Shown: one piece after another, positions 27,878 through 36,249 of the stretch
Layout of the letters: every line of letters starts with the position of its first letter
How positions within the stretch are numbered: position 1 is the stretch's first letter
Assembly (NCBI GenBank): GCA_964345335.1
Contig: CAYFQU010000003.1
Location: 4,294-46,933 of the forward strand
From: an uncultured Mageeibacillus sp.
GTDB lineage: Bacteria > Bacillota > Clostridia > Saccharofermentanales > DTU023
Direction of reading: 5' to 3'
DNA: 42,640 nucleotides
Program-made: the position numbers and the translations under genes
The notes under the pieces: model-generated
What the model was told of the DNA's origin: nothing
The model's database searches: none
What the model saw: the letters and a program-made list of their open reading frames with translations, nothing else

Positions 27878-28803
27878 GCTGTCTCCTCATTATTCCAATC
27901 GCCCACCCAGCGAACTTCCGGTTCCAGAGCGACACCGAATTTCGTCAGCACCGTCCGTTTTACATAGGCGAACAGATTATTGATTTCCAGTGCCGTTGCC
28001 TGACCATAATTCACAATAAAGCCGGCATGTTTTTCGGATACACCGACATCTCCGACACGATATCCTTTCAGACCTGCATCCGCAATCAATTTACCGGCAA
28101 AATAACCGGTCGGTCTTTTGAAAGCACTGCCGGCGCTATATTTATCTAAGGGCTGGCTATTTCGTCTGCGCACCTGAAAATCATTAATTTTACGATAGAT
28201 GTCCCGGCGATCACCCGGTATCAGCTCAATTTCGGCTTCCAGAATGACCGATTGCGTATCGCTGTAAACACTATGGCGATAAGAAAATTCATGTTCGTCT
28301 CCAACTATTTTTTTCACTTCGCCGTCGGCATTCAGATAAACGGAACTTTTAATGATATCTTTCATTTCTCCGTCATATGCACTGGCATTCATCAAAACAG
28401 CTCCGCCGAGACTGCCCGGAATTCCGGAAGCAAATTCAAAACCGGATAAACCATGCTTTGCCGCCATAGCGGATATTTCAGCTAGAGAAACCCCGGCATC
28501 GGCTCTGATAATATTTCCATCAAGCTGCAAGCGATTGAAATGATGATGTAAATAAATCGTCAAGCCGCGAATTCCTCGGTCAGAGATCAGGATATTGGAG
28601 CCCTTGCCTACTATTTGATAAGGAATATCATGTACTTTACATAAACGGATGGCTTCTTGTATTTCCTCAATTGTTTTCGGATAAAATAAAATATCGGCTT
28701 TACCGCCTGCATGAAAAGTCGTGCACTGACGCAAATCCGCGTTAAAAAATATTCTTTCTCGATTAAATCCGGAAAAAACAGTGGGGTCAATTTTAAAATT
28801 CAT
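27859..28803 (-). CDS. murB: UDP-N-acetylenolpyruvoylglucosamine reductase MurB
   Basis: 314 aa. FAD-binding PCMH domain plus the MurB C-terminal domain (GYRVGDVGVSEKHAGFIVN). Overlaps rapZ by 19 nt. Confidence 0.85.
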   Translation of the reverse strand: MNFKIDPTVFSGFNRERIFFNADLRQCTTFHAGGKADILFYPKTIEEIQEAIRLCKVHDIPYQIVGKGSNILISDRGIRGLTIYLHHHFNRLQLDGNIIRADAGVSLAEISAMAAKHGLSGFEFASGIPGSLGGAVLMNASAYDGEMKDIIKSSVYLNADGEVKKIVGDEHEFSYRHSVYSDTQSVILEAEIELIPGDRRDIYRKINDFQVRRRNSQPLDKYSAGSAFKRPTGYFAGKLIADAGLKGYRVGDVGVSEKHAGFIVNYGQATALEINNLFAYVKRTVLTKFGVALEPEVRWVGDWNNEETAWKSLS

Positions 28804-28823
28804 TCATTTGTCCTTTATGTTTA

Positions 28824-29744
28824 CTAATTAAAAACTCTCTCCGTCAAAGCAAGCGCAGCATTATAGCCCATCGTTTTCTGGCGGAAATTGATGGCGGCAA
28901 CCTCAACAATGATCGCCAGGTTTCGGCCGGGTCGAACCGGGATTGTAATAGAAGGTATATCAATACCCAGCAGAGGGGTTGTTTCTTCAATCAGGCCCAT
29001 CCGATCATAGGCTTTATTTTCATCCCAAAGTTCAAAATTGATCGCAAATTGAATGTTTTCCTGTGTTTTAACCGAAGAAACACCATATAATTCTTTTACA
29101 TCTAAAATTCCGATACCACGAATTTCAATTAAATGGCGGATAATTTCCGGCGCTCTGGCAAGCAAGGTTGTGTCTGATACTTTGCGTATCTCAACCAAAT
29201 CATCAGCGATCAGACGATGGCCTCTTTTCACAAGTTCCAAAGCTGTTTCCGATTTACCGACACCGCTGTCGCCAAGAATCAAAATACCTTCGCCGTATAC
29301 CTCGACAAAAACGCCGTGGATCGATATTCTCTCTGCAAGCTCAACATTCAAATATTTAGAAACACTGCTCGCGAATGATGCCGTCCCTTCATTTGTACTT
29401 AAAATCGGTGTTTTATATTTCGCCGCAATTTCCAGCAAAACCGGATCAGCCTGATGGTTTCTGCTCAGAACTAAGCAGGGAATCCCCGTTGCCAATAAGG
29501 CATTATAACGAAAACGGCGTTCATCTTCAGTCAAAGAATTCAGGTAAGCCATTTCCATATTGCCGATTAACTGCAATCGATCGGGACCGAAATGCATAAA
29601 ATTACCGGCTAACTGTAAACCCGGTCTGGTTACGTCCGGTATAAACAGCTCAGTTGAATCAATTTTGTCAAAACCTCTGACAATTTCGAGATGAAACTCA
29701 TTGATCAAATCCCGCAATTTAACTGAATCCATAATTCGCCTCAC
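28824..29744 (-). CDS. hprK: HPr kinase/phosphorylase
   Basis: 306 aa. Walker A GDSGVGKSE and the HprK C-terminal domain. Confidence 0.9.
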   Translation of the reverse strand: MRRIMDSVKLRDLINEFHLEIVRGFDKIDSTELFIPDVTRPGLQLAGNFMHFGPDRLQLIGNMEMAYLNSLTEDERRFRYNALLATGIPCLVLSRNHQADPVLLEIAAKYKTPILSTNEGTASFASSVSKYLNVELAERISIHGVFVEVYGEGILILGDSGVGKSETALELVKRGHRLIADDLVEIRKVSDTTLLARAPEIIRHLIEIRGIGILDVKELYGVSSVKTQENIQFAINFELWDENKAYDRMGLIEETTPLLGIDIPSITIPVRPGRNLAIIVEVAAINFRQKTMGYNAALALTERVFN

Positions 29745-29820
29745 TTATTTGAAGATAGATTTATTTAAAGTATAACACAATTTTTATTGATGTTGCGTTG
29801 AGAATCTCGTGAAAAAAGAA

Positions 29821-29829
29821 TGTTATAAT
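29821..29829 (+). promoter_or_regulatory. Extended -10 promoter element TGTTATAAT for the S9 peptidase gene
   Basis: Read directly from the sequence. It lies inside the ORF track's 5' extension of the peptidase ORF and about 37 nt upstream of the ATG (29866) that carries a ribosome-binding site. Confidence 0.45.
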
Positions 29830-29865
29830 GAGCATAAAAATATGAATGGATATGGAGAACAGAAT

Positions 29866-31941
29866 ATGAAAATTCATCAATTTACCGAATGGACCTTTGC
29901 TTACGATCCGCAAGTTGCCCCAAACGGCAAACAATTATTCTGGCAGACAACCAGAGCAAATTTAAAGGATAATCAATATGATACACAGATCAATGTATTG
30001 GATATTAAAAATCAGCAAATACAAACATTAACCAATTCAGATCAAGACTCCTTTCTTTGTTTTCAGGATCATCGAAAATTATTATTTACAAGCAAACGTC
30101 ATCTTCCGGCTATGTTTAAAACGGATGAGCAAGATCATAAAACGTATGTTTGGGAAATAGATACATTCAGTCAGGGAGAAGCAAAATTAGCTTTTGCCGT
30201 TGACCTGAATATATCTTCTATTGACTATCTCGGAAATGATCAATTTCTCATTTTAGGAAATAAATATATTGATCGCAGCAAAGCTTGGACAGAAGTTGAC
30301 GAACTGCCCTTTTGGCTGAACGGAGCTGATTTTACAAACGGTACGGTCAATGAATTATATGTTTTTGATGCCCAAAAAGCCAGGCAGCAATTAACTGAGA
30401 TTTACAGAATTTCTTCTGAAAAAGTCTTAGACGATATTCTTCAACAAAATACGGAAACTGTCAGCGAGCATTTAAAAAGCAAAAAAATATCAGCCCAAAA
30501 AGATTTATCTGATCAATTCAAATCAGGTGTTTTGACCAAGATCAGCCAAGACGATGAAAAAGTTTCTCTATATGCTTTATCCCCCGATAAAAAACAGGTT
30601 TTATATGCCAGTGTCGGTATGGATAAAAAAATTGTTTTAAAAGAGAATATTCATTGCTTGAATTTAGAAAATAAAGAACGTTCTACTTTGAGCCAAAACC
30701 TCTTCCAGATTTATAGCTTTCAATTTATCGATGAGCATAAAGCTTTTATGATTGCTACGGATACCAAAAAGCACGGTTTAAATGAAAACTGCTTTGTTTA
30801 TTTGATCGATTTGCAACAACTCTCCATTGAAAAAATTTCCCAGGATGATTTTGATTATTCTTTCGGCAACAGTGTCGGTACGGATGCAAAATTCGGCGGT
30901 GGAAATGTTTTTGCCGTAGAAAATGGGGAGCTGTATTTTATTGCAACCGAGAAAGATTGCGCAAATCTGAAAAAGATGACACAAAGCGGTGATGTTTCAA
31001 GCGTTGTGGAAATCAACGGAGCGATCACCGGTTTCCAATTTGTCGAGCATCAATTGTTCTTCTGCGCGATGGAAAATTTACAATTAAGTGAACTATACTG
31101 CCTCGAACTCGGCGTACCCAAACAATTGACCGCTTATAGTGACGTTTTGTCTTCTGTGCAACTATGCCCTATTGAAAAATTTGAATTCGAATCAAACGGT
31201 GCGACATTAGACGGCTTTGTGATCAAACCTGCAAATTATAAAGGAGGCAAAAAGTATCCGGCATTATTGGAGATTCACGGCGGTCCCAAAACTTCTTATG
31301 GCATGATTTTACATCATGAGATGCAGTTACTAGCCAATCTCGGTTATTTTGTCTTTTTCACCAATCCACATGGTTCTGACGGTTATGGAGTTGATTTTTC
31401 CGATATCAGAGGTCAATACGGAACCATCGACTATCAGGATTTGATGCATTTTACGGATCTTGTTTTGGCAAAGTATCCGGATATCGACGCACAAAAACTC
31501 GGTTGTTTAGGCGGTTCTTATGGCGGTTTCATGGTGAATTGGATCATCGGTCATACCGACCGTTTTGCCGCCGCCAACAGCCAGCGCTCAATTTCCAATT
31601 GGCTGAGTTTTTACGGTGTTTCTGATATCGGATTTTATTTTACCGAAGATCAAACCGCTTCCGATCCGTGGACAAATCCTGAGAAAAGCTGGGAACATTC
31701 TCCGTTGAAATACGCGAACCGGGCAAAAACACCGACTTTGTTCATCCATGCCGATCATGATTATCGCTGCCCTTTGGAACAGGGCATTCAAATGTATGCC
31801 GCTTTAAAGAAACATGAAATTCCGGCTAAATTGACAATTTTCAAAAATGAAACCCATGAGCTTTCTCGCTCAGGAAAACCGCAAGCCAGGATCAAAAGGC
31901 TAGTGGAAATCGTCAATTGGTTTGACACTTATCTGAAATAA
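29866..31941 (+). CDS. S9-family serine peptidase (prolyl oligopeptidase / acylaminoacyl-peptidase type)
   Basis: The N-terminal beta-propeller region is followed by an alpha/beta-hydrolase domain carrying the GGSYGG nucleophile motif, HADHDYRCP and NETHEL triad elements. The start is set to MKIHQF, with a GGAG ribosome-binding site 8 nt upstream. Confidence 0.75.
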   Translation: MKIHQFTEWTFAYDPQVAPNGKQLFWQTTRANLKDNQYDTQINVLDIKNQQIQTLTNSDQDSFLCFQDHRKLLFTSKRHLPAMFKTDEQDHKTYVWEIDTFSQGEAKLAFAVDLNISSIDYLGNDQFLILGNKYIDRSKAWTEVDELPFWLNGADFTNGTVNELYVFDAQKARQQLTEIYRISSEKVLDDILQQNTETVSEHLKSKKISAQKDLSDQFKSGVLTKISQDDEKVSLYALSPDKKQVLYASVGMDKKIVLKENIHCLNLENKERSTLSQNLFQIYSFQFIDEHKAFMIATDTKKHGLNENCFVYLIDLQQLSIEKISQDDFDYSFGNSVGTDAKFGGGNVFAVENGELYFIATEKDCANLKKMTQSGDVSSVVEINGAITGFQFVEHQLFFCAMENLQLSELYCLELGVPKQLTAYSDVLSSVQLCPIEKFEFESNGATLDGFVIKPANYKGGKKYPALLEIHGGPKTSYGMILHHEMQLLANLGYFVFFTNPHGSDGYGVDFSDIRGQYGTIDYQDLMHFTDLVLAKYPDIDAQKLGCLGGSYGGFMVNWIIGHTDRFAAANSQRSISNWLSFYGVSDIGFYFTEDQTASDPWTNPEKSWEHSPLKYANRAKTPTLFIHADHDYRCPLEQGIQMYAALKKHEIPAKLTIFKNETHELSRSGKPQARIKRLVEIVNWFDTYLK

Positions 31942-31970
31942 ACAAAAAATCTATATCCTTGAAATGGTCA

Positions 31971-32005
31971 ATTTCCCATATGCTAAGCACTTATGGGAAA
32001 TTTTT
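31971..32005 (+). terminator. Rho-independent terminator of the peptidase gene
   Basis: 10-bp stem ATTTCCCATA/TATGGGAAAT with an 11-nt loop, followed by TTTT. Confidence 0.7.
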
Positions 32006-32079
32006 AATACGGCAGAAATAATCATTTCCGATCATGTTTATGAAATCATCAGAATCGGCAAATATCAGGAATTTTTTAC

Positions 32080-32874
32080 TTATAAATCATTCACAATATC
32101 AATTAAGCGATCATAGACTAAATCAGGCTTAGTCGCAGATTTTGCCAGCATCTCTGCTGTCGTTTCTCCGGAAAGGGTCAGAATTCCCAATAATCCGTGT
32201 TGCAGGGCGGCTTCAACATCTGTATAAAGCCGATCGCCTACCATTGCTACCTTTTCTCTTTCAACCTGCATCAATTCCAAAGCATCATCAATAATACCGG
32301 CGTTCGGTTTCCCAATAATTTTATCGGGTCTTCTGCCGGTACTGGCCTCAATATAGGCGATAGTAGCACCTATATCCGGAGCGAAGCCATATTCCATTGG
32401 GCAATTGAAATCCGGATGAGAAGCTATATAAGGCAGTCCCTGCCTGATAAAATGACATACTCTGTCCATTTTGTGATAATCCAATTCCGTATCATAGGTC
32501 AATAAGACATAATCGGGATTTTTCTGATCGATCAACAAACCCTCCGCCGCCATCTCCTCCGTTACTATTTTATTGGCAAACAGAAAAGCTTTTTTATTTT
32601 TAAAATTCTTCAAAGCATAATGGCAAATCGCATTGCCCGAAGTTAAAACATTGAGAAAAGGTTCACGCACCTGCATATGCTTTAATTTTTCAAGATAATA
32701 TTGTTTTGACTTGGAAGAATTATTCGTCAGAAATAAAACCTGAATATTTCTTCTCTCCATTTCATGCAAAAATTCCAAGGAGCCGGGCAATATTTGATTT
32801 CCCAGGTAAAATGTGCCGTCCATATCCAAAAAGAAACAGTCAATTTGTTTTAAAATCTCTTTCTTATCCATCAT
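32080..32874 (-). CDS. HAD-IIA sugar/glycerol-phosphate phosphatase (NagD/AraL-like)
   Basis: 264 aa. DMDGT motif I (FLDMDGT) and the C-terminal GD motif (VGDRLYTD). Confidence 0.7.
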   Translation of the reverse strand: MMDKKEILKQIDCFFLDMDGTFYLGNQILPGSLEFLHEMERRNIQVLFLTNNSSKSKQYYLEKLKHMQVREPFLNVLTSGNAICHYALKNFKNKKAFLFANKIVTEEMAAEGLLIDQKNPDYVLLTYDTELDYHKMDRVCHFIRQGLPYIASHPDFNCPMEYGFAPDIGATIAYIEASTGRRPDKIIGKPNAGIIDDALELMQVEREKVAMVGDRLYTDVEAALQHGLLGILTLSGETTAEMLAKSATKPDLVYDRLIDIVNDL

Positions 32875-32882
32875 CTTCTTTC

Positions 32883-34256
32883 CTATGCCAAACCCTTCAA
32901 ATTCGAATTTTCCGGAAACTCAAGATCGTATAATAAACCCAAATCCCATAGCAGAGAGCTGGTCACATATTTATTGCGAACTTCTCTGGAAGCAAGCAAG
33001 GCATCATGTGTATCCTGATCCGAAAAGCCAATTTTTTGCGGAGTTAAAGGCATCTCAAATTTTTGCATGATCTGCAAGAGTTCATCATAGGCCGGCATTT
33101 CCTGTTCTACAATGTTTAAAATTTGCTGCCAATTCTTTTCTATCTTTGCAAAACGCTCGGCATGAGCCTGCTGTGCATTTCGTCCCTCAGCCAAGGCGGT
33201 TGCAATGACTTTTGCTCCGGCTATTTCGCCGTAAATACGCAAAACCATCTTCTCCCATGCTTTTTGATCAAAATGCTCAATAAATTTCTTTGCTCTTTTC
33301 GCATCTGGAGTATATTGCTTCAACTTTTCCCATATCGCAAAAGTCAAAAGAGTTCCCACCCCAACTTGTATCCCATGCAAGCGAGGTTTTTCCGAACGCT
33401 CCAGGCAGATCATCTCCCAGACATGAGAAAAGTAATGCTCCAGGCCTGAAGCCGGTCTGGAAATACCGGCATAACCCATTGCCAAACCGGTATAGAGTAA
33501 ACCCAGAAAAACATTCTCCACCGCTTTTTCATCTCTTTGTAATAAGGCGTCTGCCGAATCCAAAATTTTTTGCAAGGAGCTTCGGATCAAGTCAGCAATA
33601 TTCTCACAATAATATTCTCCGGTGATCAGATGGCTGATCCGCCATTCGCAGATCGAACAATATTTGGCAAGCATATCCCCAACCCCTGCCTGAAGCATCT
33701 CAAACGGCGCCTCTTTCAGAATTCTGGTATCGGCAATAATTGCTTCGGGGCAATGATAATACAGAGAAACTTTTAAGCGATCCCGAATTAAAGAAGCATT
33801 ATTCGATCCATAGCCATCCATTGAAGGTGCTGTCGCCACCGTAGCAAGCGGTAATTTACTGATCGCCGACATGACTTTGCCTAAATCATTCAGCACACCG
33901 GAACCGATTGCCAGAATACCGTCCGCTTGATCATCAAAATGTAAAATCATTTTGCCGACAGCTGTTTCATCCGGCTCCAAATGCTCATCCGCAAACTGAT
34001 AAACGGTATAGGGAATCTTCGCTCTCTCCAAAACAGGCATCAAATATGGAAAAGCGGCCTTTGCCGTATGCTGATCACAAATTAAATAAGGATGTTTGAT
34101 GTTTAACTCTGCCAAGATTTCAGGTAATTTTTCTAATACGCCGCTGCCGACTTCTACTCTTTTAATTTGCATGCTGTGTTTTTTACCGCAAGAACAAGCA
34201 ATTTCTTCTCCACTGATCAATTCTTCTAAGCTCAAATCCGCTAATTGTTTCATCAT
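32883..34256 (-). CDS. sn-Glycerol-1-phosphate dehydrogenase-family protein (AraM/EgsA-like; dehydroquinate-synthase-like fold)
   Basis: 457 aa. Glycine-rich NAD-binding loop GSGVLNDLGK and a metal-binding His cluster (HYFSHVWE ... HGIQVG). Family-level call only. Confidence 0.55.
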   Translation of the reverse strand: MMKQLADLSLEELISGEEIACSCGKKHSMQIKRVEVGSGVLEKLPEILAELNIKHPYLICDQHTAKAAFPYLMPVLERAKIPYTVYQFADEHLEPDETAVGKMILHFDDQADGILAIGSGVLNDLGKVMSAISKLPLATVATAPSMDGYGSNNASLIRDRLKVSLYYHCPEAIIADTRILKEAPFEMLQAGVGDMLAKYCSICEWRISHLITGEYYCENIADLIRSSLQKILDSADALLQRDEKAVENVFLGLLYTGLAMGYAGISRPASGLEHYFSHVWEMICLERSEKPRLHGIQVGVGTLLTFAIWEKLKQYTPDAKRAKKFIEHFDQKAWEKMVLRIYGEIAGAKVIATALAEGRNAQQAHAERFAKIEKNWQQILNIVEQEMPAYDELLQIMQKFEMPLTPQKIGFSDQDTHDALLASREVRNKYVTSSLLWDLGLLYDLEFPENSNLKGLA

Positions 34257-34312
34257 TTCCCTCTGCTTTTAAGCAAAATGCAAATTCCCCAAAATCAACT
34301 TCTGCTTATTGT

Positions 34313-34327
34313 AACGTATTATACGTT
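34313..34327. promoter_or_regulatory. Perfect palindrome AACGTA-tta-TACGTT in the divergent promoter region
   Basis: Read directly from the sequence. Confidence 0.3.
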
Positions 34328-34406
34328 TTTTGAACATGTAAAATTGAAATGAAATTGAGCGCAAATAACTTCCGCCGGATACCTCTTCGACCAAACAGAT
34401 ACAAGT

Positions 34407-34434
34407 AAAAAACTCTTTACAAAAAACTCTTTAC
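34407..34434. repeat. Perfect tandem direct repeat, 2 x AAAAAACTCTTTAC (14 bp)
   Basis: Read directly from the sequence. About 70 nt upstream of the ABC exporter start codon. Confidence 0.6.
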
Positions 34435-34459
34435 AAAAAAAATTTTCCTTTATAAAATC

Positions 34460-34475
34460 ATACAGTATGCTGTAT
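34460..34475. promoter_or_regulatory. Palindrome ATACAG-tatg-CTGTAT next to a TATAAA -10-like box, upstream of the ABC exporter
   Basis: Read directly from the sequence. It is 29 nt upstream of the ATG at 34504, between a TATAAA hexamer (34451..34456) and the AGGAG ribosome-binding site. Confidence 0.35.
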
Positions 34476-34503
34476 TTTTATTTTGTGATATTTAGGAGAA
34501 TTT

Positions 34504-36249
34504 ATGTTTAAAAAGCTTTTACAAAGCCTGAGAGAATATAAAGTTCCTTCTCTTTTGACAGGATTGTTAATTATTCTTGAATCGATCATCGAATGTTTTA
34601 TTCCGTTCATCACGGCTGATTTAATTAATAATTTAGAAAATCAGAGCGATAATATGAAAGTTGTTATTAACCGTGGGCTATTGTTATTGTTGATGGCTTT
34701 TTTGGCTTTGATTTGCGGTGGTTTGGCCGGTATGACCAGTGCGAAAGCATCCGCCGGATTTGCCAAAAACCTGCGTGGAGATTTATTTCGCAAAATCCAA
34801 AGTTTTTCCTTTGAAAACACGGATCGTTTCTCCTCCTCGACTTTAGTGACAAGATTGACCACAGATGTCAGCAATGTACAAATGGCCTACATGCTGATTA
34901 TACGCAATTTAATCAGAGCACCGCTGATGATGATTTTTTCGATTGTCATCGCCTATCGAATGGGCGGAAAATTAGCTTTATCCTTTGTGATCATCGTACC
35001 GGTATTATCTTTCGGTCTGTATTTAATCGGCCGTTTCGCCTTGCCCACTTTCAAAAGAATTTTCAAAAAGTACGATAAATTAAATGAATCGATTGAAGAA
35101 AATGTCAGAGGTATGCGCGTCGTCAAAGGATTTGCCAGAGAGGAATTTGAAAAGAAGAAATTTGCCAAGGCTGCCAATGACATTCGCATTGACTTTACGA
35201 GGGCGGAAAAGATCGTTTCTTTAAGCGCACCTTTAATGCAAATTTGTATTTATTTTAATTTGCTCTTTGTGCTTTACATGGGTGCGAAATTGATTATGGT
35301 CAATGCCGGTACGACCATCGGTGTCGGTGAAATTTCCGCCATGCTGACTTATGGTATACAGATCATGATGCAATTAATGATGCTCAACATGGTCTATGTG
35401 ATGCTAACTATGTCCAGTGAATCCATGAAGAGAATTGAGGAAATTTTGAATGAGAAATCGACTTTGACTTCTCTATCTGATGCCATTATGGAAGTACCTG
35501 ATGGCTCCGTTGAATTCAAGCAGGTTAATTTCAAATATTCCAAGCGAGCTGAGAAAAACGCCTTGAGTGATATCAATATCGCTATTGCTTCCGGCATGAC
35601 AGTCGGCATTTTAGGTGGCACCGGGGACGGCATATCATCCTTGGTACAATTGATTCCCCGCTTATATGACGCCACGGAAGGCGTGGTCAAAGTAGGCGGA
35701 CACGATGTCCGAGAATATGATTTAACTGTATTGCGCGATGCCGTTTCCGTAGTCCTGCAAAAAAATGTTTTATTTTCTGGAACGATTAAAGAAAACCTGC
35801 GCTGGGGCAATGAACATGCAACAGATGAACAAATGATTCACGCCTGTGAGCTCGCCAGGGCACATGACTTTATCATGTCTTTCCCGGATCAATATGACAC
35901 TAAAATTGAACAGGGCGGAACGAATGTTTCCGGCGGACAAAAACAAAGACTTTGTATCGCACGCGCCCTATTGAAAAATCCCAAAGTATTGATTCTTGAT
36001 GATTCTACCAGTGCTGTTGATACCAAAACCGATTCTCAAATCCGTGAATCTTTTGCCGAATATATACCTGACATCACTAAAATTATTATCTCCCAACGCG
36101 TTTCATCCGTTGAACATGCCGATTTAATCATTGTGATGGAAAATGGCTCAGTAGTCGATCAGGGCAAACATCAGGATTTATTAAAGCGTTGTACAATTTA
36201 TCAGGAAATCTATACCGAACAAAATAAAGGTGGTGATTTTGATGACTAA
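34504..36249 (+). CDS. ABC exporter permease/ATPase half-transporter carrying the degenerate nucleotide-binding site
   Basis: 581 aa. A six-helix transmembrane domain plus a nucleotide-binding domain. Walker A is degenerate (GGTGDGISS, no Lys-Ser/Thr). Walker B and the catalytic residue read ILDDSTS (Glu replaced by Asp-Ser). The H-loop His is replaced (ISQRVSS). The signature motif VSGGQKQR is intact. Confidence 0.8.
   Translation: MFKKLLQSLREYKVPSLLTGLLIILESIIECFIPFITADLINNLENQSDNMKVVINRGLLLLLMAFLALICGGLAGMTSAKASAGFAKNLRGDLFRKIQSFSFENTDRFSSSTLVTRLTTDVSNVQMAYMLIIRNLIRAPLMMIFSIVIAYRMGGKLALSFVIIVPVLSFGLYLIGRFALPTFKRIFKKYDKLNESIEENVRGMRVVKGFAREEFEKKKFAKAANDIRIDFTRAEKIVSLSAPLMQICIYFNLLFVLYMGAKLIMVNAGTTIGVGEISAMLTYGIQIMMQLMMLNMVYVMLTMSSESMKRIEEILNEKSTLTSLSDAIMEVPDGSVEFKQVNFKYSKRAEKNALSDINIAIASGMTVGILGGTGDGISSLVQLIPRLYDATEGVVKVGGHDVREYDLTVLRDAVSVVLQKNVLFSGTIKENLRWGNEHATDEQMIHACELARAHDFIMSFPDQYDTKIEQGGTNVSGGQKQRLCIARALLKNPKVLILDDSTSAVDTKTDSQIRESFAEYIPDITKIIISQRVSSVEHADLIIVMENGSVVDQGKHQDLLKRCTIYQEIYTEQNKGGDFDD

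Noticed and set aside
34641-35810. Minus-strand ORFs of 61-138 aa inside the ABC exporter gene.
   Set aside because: They are antisense to a well-supported coding region and have proline/serine/threonine-rich translations typical of antisense frames.
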